From: Azolla caroliniana
Lineage: Eukaryota; Plantae; Polypodiophyta
NCBI GenBank assembly: GCA_043228905.1
Contig: JBHGNT010000020.1
Coordinates: forward strand, 6,820,001 to 6,884,000
DNA length: 64,000 nt
Reading direction: 5' to 3'
The position numbers were made by a program, and so were the translations under genes. The notes below the pieces were generated by a model. The model worked only from the letters and a program-made list of their open reading frames with translations. It did no database searches and was not told the origin of the DNA. Below are positions 1 through 12,579 of this stretch, in pieces; within the stretch, counting starts at the first letter, position 1, and every line of letters starts with the position of its first letter.

Positions 1-290
1 GGAGAGAATCCCTTTTTCGTTGGAAGTTGTCAGAATACCAGATGTCTCACAGGTTATGGTGGACACATAGCTTCTCCCATTGTTTACGTCACATATGGTT
101 TTTATTAATATTAGAGTTAGTTTCAACAAATATCAGAGTTACTTTCAACCAACCCCCCTTAACTCTAATACTTATAGATTAGTGAGAGAGACTCAACCCA
201 ATATGCTTGCAACAATTCCGATGTTTAGTACTTGGAACCAACTTGGTTAAGAAGTCAACCCACATATCTGGAGTAGGGGTATAGTTGTTG
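1..290 (-). mobile_element. Degraded copia 3' end (RNase H C-terminus, PPT, probable LTR part)
   Basis: Minus strand reads YTPTPDMWVDFLTKLVPSTKHRNCCKHIGL (ADxxTK-type RNase H tail), followed by a purine tract (AAGGGGGG, ~153-160). Confidence 0.5.
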
Positions 291-1611
291 TTGAGGTTAT
301 GTTATATCAACAAGTTCTGTTATGGTGTGATATTGAGCTTGTTATCCCTGTCGACTAACACAAAGGGTCGAACGACTATTTTATATAGTCTCTCTATCAA
401 TAAGATTGTGGTCGGAGACTGGAGTCGTCGAAGTTGTGCATTTTCGTAAGATTCAAGTTTGAGGACAAGCTATAATTGGTCGTTCGTCGTCATATTCTTC
501 CAGTAGTTTAGTGATTTCACCTATGTGTTTAGTTGTGAGCTCCCCGAAATCAGCTGACAATTCATCCCGAATTACCCTTAGACTCGCCTAGTCCAATTCA
601 TAAAATCCATTACCGTTTTTTTTTTTTGTTCTCCTGATCGGCCCTTAGCAGTTGTAATTCTATTGCTTGAGTCGACCAGGTCTTCCTTGTTCGAGGGATG
701 ATGTTATTTTCTTGTGCAGTCTTTGCTTATGTCGGTTTAAGATAGCTTGAATCTTTTGTTCGCCCATGCTGAGTCGATTTTTCAGAGCCTTCATTTCAAT
801 CTGTGGCTCATCTTATCGAGCTATTGCTGAGTCTTGTGCAATTTGAAATTTAGATTTTGCCCACTAAGAGTGAGGTTCACGCTTGTTCGTATTTCTCCAT
901 GAGCTTCTTGATTTGTTGCGTTATTTTGTCTTGGTCATCTTGGAAATCTTGGCACATCTTTTCCCTTTCTACTTTGAATTTTGTTGTGTGTCTTTGGCAA
1001 ATCTCCTCCTGGGCCTTCATGTCCTTGTTGAGATTAGCTATTATTTGTTGTTTCCGATCAAAAGGAATTTTGAGGTGTCGGTGTTCGTACTGGAGTTTGT
1101 CAAATTCTTCTTGTCATGCTCAAAGTGTGTCATTGATGTGTTTTTGAAATACTTCGACCTGTTGATGTGCTGTCTGAAGTCGGCCCCATAGTTAATGGAC
1201 TTTAGCGTCAACAGTCTCTAGTTTTTTATTTGCCTTGTCGAGTAGATCCTCCTTTTGTTGCAATTCTTCCCACAGACGCTTGTCCGGTACGAGAACAATT
1301 GCGTGGTCATAAGTTTGGAGTTGTTCTTCTGCATCCTTTAGCTTCGAATTAGCTTGTTGTAGTCATTCTGCTAACTGTGTTTTCGCTTGAGTGGATTTCG
1401 ACCACTCCATTAAGTCTGCCACCTTCATTGTACGTTTACTTACTTGAGCCATATCTTTTGCGACCCTAATCGTATTGGCAAGTTGTTCATGCACATTGAC
1501 CAATGCTCTATGCAGAGGTGGCATCTGGAAAGCTCTTCCTTTATTCTTTGCTTCCCTCTGACGTCTTATTCGATAAAGGGCTTGCTGGTCTTCAGGCTCG
1601 ATGTCACCTTG

Positions 1612-2177
1612 TGTTGGGAAAACATGTCCCTCCATATGGGAAGAAGAGTATGAGCTAAATCGGCTTATCGGCTTTGGCCGAAATCAAGAATTGAAATCGG
1701 AAATCCATTATATAACAGATTCGGGAGACTATATTTGTAAATAGTTTGAATGTGCCCCATGTGGGTTATATCTGTAAATAACCAAAAAGTTGTATAAGTA
1801 TAAATACAACTAGCGTAAAATTTGTTAGCGAGTTGTATTATCATTAGTTGTTAAATAGTTGGAGAATGTGGTTGCCTCTGTAACTGTGAGAGAGTGAGAG
1901 TTAACGAGTAACTCTACGGTCGTCAATCTGACGAAGGAGAGCTTAAGGTTGTTGCTTTTGAAGCTTCTCATTGTACTCCTCCTATCATAGTGATTTGTTT
2001 GGAATTTGTGGAATCCGCATGGTTTTTCCCTTTTGGTTTTTCCACGTAAACATCTGTGTCTTTGTGTTCTCTTTTTTCTCGGTACTTTCCGTTCTCTGTC
2101 TATGCACTATCATTGTTGATTCTTTGCACCCGAACATACATTAGAGGAACCGGTTGTGGCCGGTCACGATCCTAACA
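1612..2177 (+). repeat. Copia 5' LTR (family with gag starting MEDSFG)
   Basis: TGTTGGGAAA...CTAACA termini; PBS TGGTACCAGAG at 2181-2191; start is the reverse complement of the LTR ends at 10106, 29982, 58757 and 63484. Confidence 0.8.
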
Positions 2178-2193
2178 AACTGGTACCAGAGTG

Positions 2194-4257
2194 ATGGAAG
2201 AACACTTCGGTGGAATGTTCAAGTTAACAGGCTCCAACTATTTAGTGTGGAAGTCAAAGATGTGAGATATGCTCGTGTGCAAAGACCTGTGGCTGTCGGA
2301 GCAATATGGCAAGACGAAGCCAGACAGACAAGATCGGTGCATCGACTTGGGAAGTCATGCATCTGAAGTCGGCCACATATAGAAGGTGTTTTATAGACCA
2401 TGGTTGTTTACGTACCCGTATTTAACGTTTAAATACTTATAGTACCTCATCATTTGTATAGTACGTACTATACCTCAATGTTGTTCAGTCAAATATCATG
2501 TACATTTGTCCAATACGGTATTTAACGTATTTATAAAAAAATAGGTATAATACGTATTTATAAAGAAAATGTAAGTAAAACCCTAACAAAAAGCAGAAGA
2601 AAAAAAGATTTTACTGAAAAAGAAGCCAAAGGAAGGAAGAAAGAAGAATAGAAGAGACGACGATGAAGAAGATGAAGAAGAAGAAGAGAGAAAAGAAGAC
2701 ATAAACCTGTCCTGAGTGTGATAATCGCAGAAGATAGAAGAAGAAGAAGAAGAAAACGAAGAAAAGAGAAACCTATCATGAGTGTGATAATCGTAGATGA
2801 TTCCTTAATCTATGAAGGCATAATTGTAAATAATTATAATTTGAAGTAGAACATCGCGATACACACTTACACTGATTTATAGAATAAGGGAATGTCGACA
2901 TCCATATTACTACAAGTATTTTAGGATGTGAAATGTTCAAATGTCTTATATGCATTTTAGGATGTAGAACTATATTGTACATCACAAAATTGTGTAAACA
3001 TAGATGTTTTTTACAATATTATAGATATCTTTTAGAAAAGTAAATAATTTTCAAATTCTAGAAGTATTTAACGTACTATATGTAAAATACGTATTTTATA
3101 AGTATTTAACATATTAAGAAAACGTATTTAACGTATTTTTAAATTGGGAGGTACTATACGGGTATTAATACGTTAAATACGTATGGTATCCGTACCGTAC
3201 CTAACAACCTTGTTATAGACATGAGTCTATACAACAACTTTGATGAAGAGATGAGTGCCGACGTCCTTTGGAAGAAGATTGGTTTGATGTTCGAAAACAA
3301 GAACGTCGTGAACAGAGTCTCAATTTTCAGAAAAATCTTGAGACTTCAGTATCAAGATGGTACCAGTATGGTGGAGCACATAAATGCCTTACACAGATTG
3401 ATGAATCAAACCACATGTCTAGAAGTACCTCTTGTTGCTGGGATCCCTTCCAGACAACTAGGAGACACTCGTTATCACATTGGGCAACGCCGAACCGGAA
3501 GGGAAGCATCTGTCCCTAGAGTAGGTGAAGTCGAGCTTAGTGAATGAGGAAGCTCATTGGAAGTACCAAGAGTCAATAGCTAACCCAAAGGCCTTAGTCA
3601 TAGAAAGTGACAAAAATCGAGGAAGAGGCCGAAATCAAAGTCCCCAGAATCAAGATAAGTCAGGGACAAGGTCGAAGTCGAGGGGAAGGCCCACGTGCTT
3701 CTATTGTGGGAAGTCTGGGTACTTCCAAAAGAATTGCTGACACTTTCGAAAGGAAAAAGGGGGAGCCGATAGTGTGCAGTTGAAGAAGATTTCAGACAAC
3801 AAGAACACGTTGGCAATCGCGACAATTGAGGAGGAGTTGTTGCTCATCAGTGAGCAAAACAAAGTGAACCTTGTCGACGACGAATCGACATGGGTGGTCG
3901 ACTCGGGTGTGTTGTTTCACCTAACCCCCGACTGGAAGTGCTTCTCATCTTATAGAGCCGAAGATCTCGGATCTGTAAAGATGGGAAATGAAGGAGCATG
4001 CCGAATTGTCGGCATTGGAGATGTGTGTCTGGTAACGTCGACTGGATATCGACTAGTGTTGAAAGATGTTTGACACGTTTCGGAAGTCAGATTGAATCTA
4101 TTATCAGTCGGTCGACTGGATGATGAAGGCTACACGAGTAGCATCTGGAATGGTATCATGAAGTTTTCCAAAGGAAGCCTAATTGTGGCCCAAGCCCGAA
4201 AAACAAACACATTGTACTTAATGCGTGCTCGATTATGCTGAGGGGAAGTAAATGTGG
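2194..4257 (+). pseudogene. Copia gag-protease fragment, 3'-truncated and interrupted by a hAT element
   Basis: MEEHFGGMFKL start; knuckle CFYCGKSGYFQKNC; protease WVVDSG; stops and frameshifts; homologous to 58770-62872. Confidence 0.85.
2399..3212. mobile_element. Non-autonomous hAT-type DNA transposon (814 bp)
   Basis: 8-bp TSD TTATAGAC (2391-2398, 3213-3220); short TIR CA(T/A)GGTTGTT; subterminal CGTATTTAACG repeats; removal rejoins the gag sequence (RCFIDMSLYNN). Confidence 0.85.
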
Positions 4258-5130
4258 TGTTGGCCGCCTTGGACGGCCAAGTGGGAAAGGTCGAAAAGGT
4301 GAAAGACAAACGGGACGGTTACGACAAACGAAGAAGTAGGGTGGGGCCGTAGTGTAGTTAAGAGGGGGTAACAGCCGAAAACAATTATGAAGGGTAACGG
4401 TTCACGCGCTGAGTGTAAACCCCCATGACCCTATATAAAGGGCATGGAAAACTTGTAAAAATTAATCGTAATCTTGTATACAGTTTCTGCAATATAGTTT
4501 TTGTTTGCTTGACTCTTTGTGTCTCTCTGATTTGTGATGTGTACTCTGCTTAGGCTAAGTACGTATGAGTCGGTTGTAGCCATCATCGTAACCTCCACAA
4601 TCTCCACGATTAAGATAACATTACGATTCTAGTATAGTTCATTCGAGTTACGAGCACAACAGAAACACTCTTTCCCTAACCACGATTCCCTTGAGCCGAA
4701 CCCCGAAGGACTGAGGATTCAATACTGTGTCACCTTAACCGGTGAGTTCCAGATCCAAAGTCTGCGGATACAGATCCAGGAACACCTTCCCAAAAAACAG
4801 TCGAAACAACTACGGCTACAACAACTCCTTGAACTTGGCAAAGCTAGGATACTCAGCTTGGAGGCTCTAGAACAGGAACAACGTCGTCACAAAGCGTTCG
4901 TCGATTGGCATCGAGGGGGTAACGAGGAATTTTTCAAAATCAGAAAAGCTGTACTCGTGTTCCAAACACGCATGGGAAAAACGCCAGGCAAACTCTGATT
5001 TCGGTGCACAGGGCTGTATTGGATAGTCGGGGTCGAAAATGGCACTTTCGAGCTCGACACTCTCGCCAGCGAAATTTTACGACAAAAGGTCAACAACGTT
5101 CGACTCAAGTCATACTAGCGACCCACATTC
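4258..5130 (+). mobile_element. Gypsy remnant: LTR-like start plus integrase C-terminal region
   Basis: TG start with TATATAAA at ~4433; 4861-5118 reads ...TPGKL*FRCTGLYWI...NGTFEL...KVNNVRLKSY (GPY/F-type integrase tail). Confidence 0.55.
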
Positions 5131-6376
5131 CCAAACCCGTTTAGGAATGCCATGGAATTAGCAGGTGAAAACGCTGGCCCACTCCCTGCCAAATCAATTT
5201 CGGGCGGGGACCCAATCCTCATTAACTATGAACCCCACTATGTAATCATGTAATATTAATGTAACATAGTAATAGGCATTACTATTAGGTATAAAATGAA
5301 AAAGAGAGAGAGAGAGAGAGAAAGAAGGCACTCAAAACTATATATATTTAAAGATCTTGCATGCATGCGTACATCCCAAGAAAGAAAGTACCCCCTCCAG
5401 TCACATGCGTAGACAACATGGCTCGATGAATCTTGAACACTAGCACTCCCACCTCACAAAAAGGTAATTCAAGCCATTTCCCTCACTCTACACACCTCAG
5501 AAGCTCCCATTGCTCCCATTGCTCCCCCCGCTCTCCTTGCTCTATCTACGCTCACAAACTCTCACATCCTCGCTACCCTTCCTCTGTTATCTCTCTTCGC
5601 TCTTCACACCACATAGACAACCCTTCTGCGCACCGAGACACCAAAGTAGCCATGCCGATTGAAATCTCCCCTGCTCTACGACGGTGGCTCCATGACCACA
5701 ACGTCTCTGGATATATCCAAGTAGGGGAAGCGCCACCTCAACCCAACTCCCAAGAACTGGCGACACAAATAAATGTGGACACAATCATGAACGCGACGAT
5801 CCACAAGAAGTTAAGCTTGACCGCTATAGGGGAATGCCACTTTGAGATCCCTCCAACAGAGGTCCCCGAACACTACTTTGGCGAATAGTCCCTCTCGGCC
5901 AAAGCATACAAAACAAGGGATGCCCTTGATCCGTTCTTCCATTGTTGTGGCGTGGCTCGCCCAGAAGCGTAGCATTGTTCGAATAGAAGATAACATGAAA
6001 GTGAGGAAGGAATCGTTGGGATTATGGACGGAAGAGACGAAAGAGTAGAGATGTAGTAAACAAAGATCAACAAGATATGACAAGATAGGATGTAACATGA
6101 TATTTGAGGGAATGTAAGAAATTTATAATTGTTTGATGAAAGAATTACAAAATGGTTGCGAGCGTTGTTGAACCTTGAAAATTTGGTAATCACTCTTCTC
6201 TTTCTTGATAGTAGACCACAATCTTCCCTTCTATATTTTGATGAGGATAGGACTGGAACCTCCATCTTTTCGTTGCGATTTGAGGACCACCACCGCTAGG
6301 CTAGTTCTTCTCTTGTCTTTTGAAGATTGTATATAGCTTTCACCTTCTCTCCCTCTTTCTCTTTTATGATACCTCT

Positions 6377-6696
6377 TACAATATAATGCTATTCAATCTG
6401 ATTGATTCATTGATATCCTTGTGATTATATTCCCTTCTCCTTTTATAGGAAAGGGATGGTTCTACATGTTCACCATTTTATTTCGCTTGATCTGATACAA
6501 TATAATGTTATTCAATCTGATTGATTCATTGATATCCTTGTGATTATATTCCCATCCCTTTTATAGGAAAGGGATGGTTCTACATGTGCACCATTTTATT
6601 TCGCTTGATCCGATACAATATAATGCTATTCAATCTGATTGATTCATTGATATCCTTGTGACTATATTCCCATCCCTTTTATAGGAAAGGGATGGT
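6377..6696. repeat. Tandem repeat, ~118-119-bp unit, ~2.7 copies
   Basis: Units start at 6377, 6496 and 6614 (TACAATATAATG...); each contains CCTATAAAAGG on the minus strand. Confidence 0.85.
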
Positions 6697-6699
6697 ACT

Positions 6700-7102
6700 T
6701 CCAACGAGGTTGTTTGATTTATAAGCCCCTGGAAAGCATTCATGTGCTCCGCCAGCTAGAGCCATCTTGGGATCAGAGTCTCACTAAATTTTGGAATACT
6801 GAGACCCGATTCACAGCATTCTTGTTTTGAAGCATGATACCTATATTCTCCTAGAGTTCATGAGCTTTACTCTCTTCATTGAAGTTGTTGTACATGCTCA
6901 TATCTATGAAGCATCGAATATAGGTTGTTGTCTTCATGTGCATCACCTCCCAGGTCGACGCATCTATTTTGTCCGGTTTTGCATGTCTAAACTATACCAA
7001 CAACCAAAGATTTTTGACCACCAGTATGTCCCTCATCTTCGACTTCCATACTAGGTAGTTGGAGCCGGTGAGCTTGAACATGCCGCCGAATGAGTCTTCC
7101 AT
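6700..7102 (-). pseudogene. Copia gag N-terminal fragment
   Basis: MEDSFGGMFKLTGSNYLVWKSKMRDILV...; PBS-like TGGTTACAAAGCG between it and the LTR. Confidence 0.8.
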
Positions 7103-7731
7103 TTTTTTATTTTTTTGAAGTTTAGAAACTTCGCTTTGTAACCAGTTTGTTACAAAATAGGGCTAGGCCACAACTGAGTCTTAATCACAATGGAGGAATC
7201 AGAACAGAAATAAGATTAACACGCTTACACACAAAATGGGTCGACACAGGATATTAATGTGGAAACCCTAATTGGGGAAAACCATAGGAGTTCTCTGACT
7301 CCAAACAGAATCACTATAGAGATGGAGTACACCAAAATGAGACTTAGAGGCAATGACCTCGAGGACTGTATCTTTGCCAACATGTAGTTACAATAGAAAT
7401 AGGCTTTTTGTGTCTCTCTATCTCTCACAATCTGTCTCTCTATACCTTCAGTATCTCAACACTTCAAAACAGTGTTGCGCTAGTTATATTTAGGGAAAAG
7501 TACCAGGATACCCCTCGAAGTTTGTCTATTTACCAGAATGCCCCTAGAAGTTCCAAATTTACCAAATTACCCCTATGTCCAAAAAAATACACTTTATAAA
7601 GGAATTATACACTCAAATATACAAGCCATATTTACCAAAATACCCTTCAAACAGAAAATTGTTTACTTAGCGATTCTTTGGGTAGTCTTTCTCTTCTTTC
7701 TTGTTCATCATCAATCGTCTTCATCAGGTCA

Positions 7732-7737
<6 letters not shown>

Positions 7738-7770
<33 letters not shown>
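7738..7770. repeat. (TG)n microsatellite
   Basis: Uninterrupted TG run. Confidence 0.9.
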
Positions 7771-7772
<2 letters not shown>

Positions 7773-8844
7773 ATATGTAGTCATTTCTCTTCACTCTTCA
7801 TGATTGTTGTCTGACAAAAGAAAATGAAAATAAAAATTTGAGTTACTGTAGGAAATTTTTGTGCTTTGACTCCTTCTTAATGTTGTGTGTGCAAATGAAA
7901 TGGAGGAAATTTGTTTGAGGAAATGATTAACTATAGAAGAAAGGGGGAGAGCTCTACGAGATTAGTAATAGCTTGTGCTAACACTATGTGTTCATGTGAC
8001 AAAAAACATGGAAGAAATGCATCCGATATTAGTAGTATGTGCATTTTTTTATCTTTGTAGTATTGTGGTATACATTCAGATTCAAAGATTGTAAAGCCTA
8101 CTATCGTTACTTAGGATTCTTTTAAATTATTAGATGATATAGAAGTTGTGATCCAAGGAATGCTTGGCTAGTAAGTATACGGAATTATTCTGCAATCAAG
8201 GAATTGGAAAACGTTTTGAATTTATCAAGTACATGAAACTCTTGTGCTAAGCATTCACATGAATAGGATTTGGAAAACCTAGAAACTCTATCCTACAATT
8301 CTTATGAATTGTCGAATAATTACTAGCCACTATAGTTCTCCACTGCTCATATCCCCCTCATCCTTTGGATCTATAATAGGCCAAGCCTCATCCTTTGGAT
8401 TAATGGAGAGATCATGATGAACCATCCTTGGCGAATCTGATGCAAACCTGCTGAATTGTTATTCCTGATGCCGATCGGTAGGCCTTATATGCTCCACATC
8501 ATGTTTACATTGGCAATTAGCAAGCCTACATTGAGGTAGTGTAAGATTGTGATGTGCTACTTTGGGAGATTCTGCAGCCATATAAAATTGTGGATCGTGA
8601 TGAGAAGAATTGGAAGAACTAGCCAACAAATCAAATTGATTATTGAATTGCTGAGAATTGATAGCAATCTTGCTAAGTTGTTCCCTTAAGTCTTGAAGGC
8701 AAGAATCACTACCAACAAAACCATATTTGTAGTGAAGAGCCAAGGATTGTGAAGATGGAGCCGAGATTGGTGGTGTAGAGGGGACCTTAGAATGAGTCAT
8801 AACATTAGGCATATCCACATCCTTAAAGTAAGCCTTTCTATGAT

Positions 8845-9420
8845 ATGCTTCTTGTTGTTGCGAGCACGAAGATACGACCCATCCAATGGGGTAGGAATCA
8901 GAACAATCATGCCGCAGTAAAGGGGAAGCAGCATGGTGATCTATCCAAAGTATGGACTTTGGATTACCATTCCGATTCGGACCTATCTTCCACTTGGATA
9001 AACTCCATCGGTGGTGTGGATCCTGATTCTGCTAGGGTTAAGGCTTCGACCAATGATCAAATCAAGTTAATGTGTAGTTTCGGTGGAAAGATCATGGCTT
9101 GGCCAATGGATGGGAAGCTCAGATATGTAGGAGGAGATACTCACATCTTGAATGTCGCTAGAAAAGCCTCGTTTCGTGATGTTATGAGTAAACTGATCGG
9201 CTACTTTAGTAAGGGTTCTAATTTGACAGGGCCATTCAGGCTTAAATATCAACTTCCTAATGAAGATCTCGATGCATTGATTTCTGTGACATTGGATGAT
9301 GATATGCAGAATATGATAGACGAGTGTGAAAAGGTGGGTGATAGTAGTAGGCTCCGGTTGTTCTTCTTTGCTTCTTCGGGTGATATAGATGTGGTAGTAG
9401 CAGAGCCTAAACCAGAATGA
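8845..9420 (+). CDS. Captured plant PB1 (Phox/Bem1p) domain fragment
   Basis: IKLMCSFGGKI..P.DGKLRYVGGDTHI, LKYQLPNEDLDALISV..DDDMQNMIDE and RLRLFF are signatures of plant PB1 domains; lies inside the MULE TIRs. Confidence 0.8.
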   Translation: MLLVVASTKIRPIQWGRNQNNHAAVKGKQHGDLSKVWTLDYHSDSDLSSTWINSIGGVDPDSARVKASTNDQIKLMCSFGGKIMAWPMDGKLRYVGGDTHILNVARKASFRDVMSKLIGYFSKGSNLTGPFRLKYQLPNEDLDALISVTLDDDMQNMIDECEKVGDSSRLRLFFFASSGDIDVVVAEPKPE

Positions 9421-11795
9421 GGAGAAGGAGAGTAGGAATCACTGGAACTATCTAGGTTAGCAGAGAGGTGTTGCCGTGTGAAGAGATGGTAAATTGGGGG
9501 AGGAAATTCCTGATGATGATGATGGTGGTGGTGGTGGTGGTCACTGGTGACGAGGCAGATGTCGAAGAGGAAGATGAGTATGGTGAAGATGATGATCAAG
9601 ATGATGGATATGGTGAACAGATGGGGATGTGGAGGGTTCGAGGGGGATATGATTTATGATGTATTTTGGGAAATAAAAGTGGTACAAATTGGTCAAAATA
9701 GGTATATAATGGCATTATGGTAAATAAGTTTAGGCTTAAGGGTATTTTGGTAAATAGGGCTTGTAGATTTGAGTGCATATTTACTTTATAGAGTGTATTT
9801 TTTTGGACATAGGGATAGTTTGGTAAATTTGGAACTTCTAGGGGCATTATGGTAAATAGACAAACTTCCAGGGGTATCCTAGTACTTTTCCCTTATATTT
9901 ATACATATTTAACTTTGGGGCTATTTACAAATATGACCTAAAACAGTCACATCGGAACATATACATAAGCTAATGTTTGACCGGATACCAATCGAATCCA
10001 TCCGATCCGGTTTCCGGATATCTATCGAATCCATCCGGTCCAGTTCTTTCCTTCGGCTCGTCTGGTTCTCACCCAGATCCCATCCAGAGGGACCTGTTTT
10101 CCAACACTGGCAACCATGCCTTTGGAGGATTCTCCGGAACCAGTCGTCCTCCGTCGATAGTAGAAAGCCAACCCCACCAATCTTCAACTTTCGTAGTGTT
10201 TGGTCGGTGAACCGGTGCCCTATGTTGGCAAGATCTTGCAAACTCGGGTTGGTTGCGACCCCCTTCATCCGTATCCAGTTGTCCTCCGGTAAGGGAGCCA
10301 TGACTGGCCTCACCTTCTGGTCCACAGTCTTATACTTCCTATTGACTTGGGCAATCCGACCCGACCCAACCATCCGTCTGAACTTCTCTATTTCCTCGTA
10401 CATTTCGATCGAACCGACCAGTATCATCCATTCTTCGCTCAAACCTTCCTTGACCACCTTCTCGATCTCCTCAACAATGTCATCGAATGAGATTGCCTCC
10501 ATGGCGCCACTTATTGAGTCGTCGCGGTCCAAGGCTCCGCATGCCTTCAGATGTCTTTCAACTTGTCGTTTTTCTCAGCTGAAAACGTTGACTACTCTAC
10601 AACCTCTGTTTTCGGAGAGACAAAATTTTCTATCTATAGTAAAGTGTGGGGTTTCCGGTGTCTGTCCGAACTATTGTGGCCCCAGGCCTTGATAGCCCTG
10701 TCTAAAAAACCTCTCGTCCTTCGCCGCCGAGAGAGTCTAGATTTCGTTCATTGTTTGGTCGAACTGTCAGAAATTGGACGGAATGCCGACCATCTTGGCT
10801 CTTGACTTGGGCGTAAGCAGAATCGTTATCGAGCACCTTAGTCTCCATTCAAGCCATCGTGATATGGTTCGCCAAGTATAACCGGGTGCGAGGATGTCTC
10901 TTGCATGAAGAAGTGTTAGTCGATCTCGACATCTCCGACCTTCACCATGGACATTCGGGCATGTCCCATGAAGTTCTTTGGTGGCGCGGGTTGCTACGCA
11001 TATCTTCCAATCGTGCTTTGTGTTGATCAACCACTTCCCCTTTTTGTAGAAGTTCATTGACATCAGGTTCATCTCAGATCCATGGTCGATTAATGCCACA
11101 ACCGGCTCCTTGACATCATTGATCCGAAGTGGCGTCTTTGTGATTGCCCTCGCCAAGTGTGGCTTCAGGTAGTGGCTGTCGGCATGGTCGTCTTCTACCG
11201 CCACTTCGTCAATATGTGCCACCTTAACTTCGATCGATTTCTCGCTTTCCGGCTCAGTCAAGAGCCACTTTCTCTTAACCAAATCGATTATCGAGTTGTG
11301 GAACTCCTTCTTCACGATTCCTAACACTTCTCATAGTGGGAGCTCCACCCAGGTGTCGAGGATCCGCTCCTCTAAGACCTATAGGTCCATTGTCTTCTCA
11401 ATCTCTGAGCTCAGCTAGAATCTCGGGAACTTCATCTTCTCTTTCTCCTGTTGGTCAACCGGACCGACATCAGTCTTCCTCGGGCCACTCCGGGTGTCAT
11501 ACCGATTCGAAGGATTGGCCCCTCTGGCCTTCCTGACTTGTTTCTCCTCGATTAGAACCTCGTAGTTTTGGCATGCAACTTCCACGAAGCTGGTTTTCTC
11601 TTCTATCGGATCGTCCCATCGGGTGACCTCTCAGACCCACCTCTCCGTGCGATCTACTTCCTCCATCACTAGCTTCTTTCCAGAGAACCCTTCTAACACC
11701 ACTGACCATAATCTGGTGTCCGTCCCAGCTTACCGTTCTCCCCTCTGACCCGAATACCAACCGATGTTGAGTAATGGACGGTCTTTGCGTGTCGT

Positions 11796-12550
11796 TGTCG
11801 TGAAGGATTTTGCTTCACGATATAAAAATAAACTTAAATATTTGATTAAGTAACGTTTGAGAGACTTGAACCCATACCCTCATATACCAAGTGCAAAGTA
11901 TATACAACTAGGCTAGTTTATTTGTTTTTATAATATATTTCCTTCATTGTACTTATCCCATGTCTATTTTCATACATGAGAGCTCAAATGAGCGAGATGT
12001 CTATCATGCATCACATGTAATGCATGTACGCCAAATTGCGATCATGCATCACATGCGTTTCATGCACGGTGTCATAGTGTAATTCGCACACTACATGAAA
12101 TATGTCTGACTCATGCAAACGATCCGGCGCTGAAAGGCACGACAATGGGAGGCCAATCAATTAAGAAAAAAGTTAAGAAATCAAATAATCTAACAATCAA
12201 AGACGCTAGCTCATTTGGGAAGTGTCTTGTTTCTCAGAGTTAAAGTCAAGGGGTCAAATTCAGAGTTGGTAGAGAAAGGTTGATCATCTCTACGATCAAG
12301 CATTGTAAAATTGGTAAAATTTTGGATTTGTAATATAATACATTTTCTTATCATATTCTCTTGCCTCTTCAATCATACATTGTCTCTATCTCTCATTCTT
12401 GCTCGTCTCTCTCGCACATTATTTTTAACTCTTATTCCTTCTATCCTTAATATTTGTGCTATCGCCGCACAAGCCTTATAAATATTTGCTCGAACTCCCT
12501 TTAACCTTAGTCCCTGTGACTTCGACGCACGAACCACAACTACCCCGACA
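11796..12550 (+). repeat. Gypsy 5' LTR
   Basis: TGTCGTGAA...CCGACA; matches 28981-30288. Confidence 0.88.
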
Positions 12551-12579
12551 TATTTGGTGAACCCGATGTGGAGGCAGCG

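Larger units (their letters stand above)
7493..9892. mobile_element. Mutator-like non-autonomous element with captured gene sequence (Pack-MULE, 2400 bp)
   Basis: 9-bp TSD TTATATTTA (7484-7492, 9893-9901); ~155-bp TIRs GGGAAAAGTAC...GTACTTTTCCC; no transposase. Confidence 0.92.
7148..10106 (-). repeat. Copia 5' LTR, split by the Pack-MULE
   Basis: TGTTAC...TTCCAACA termini; similar to solo LTR 29434-29982 and LTRs 58184-58757 and 62888-63484. Confidence 0.75.

Noticed and set aside
700-1635. Coiled-coil-like minus-strand ORF (1363-1635 and its broken continuation) as a host gene
   Set aside because: Its first codons come from the LTR starting at 1612, the frame has several stops and no domain is recognisable; probably a TE remnant.
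5433-5888. 151-aa ORF downstream of the gypsy integrase remnant
   Set aside because: No recognisable motif; possibly a decayed accessory ORF, but not supportable.
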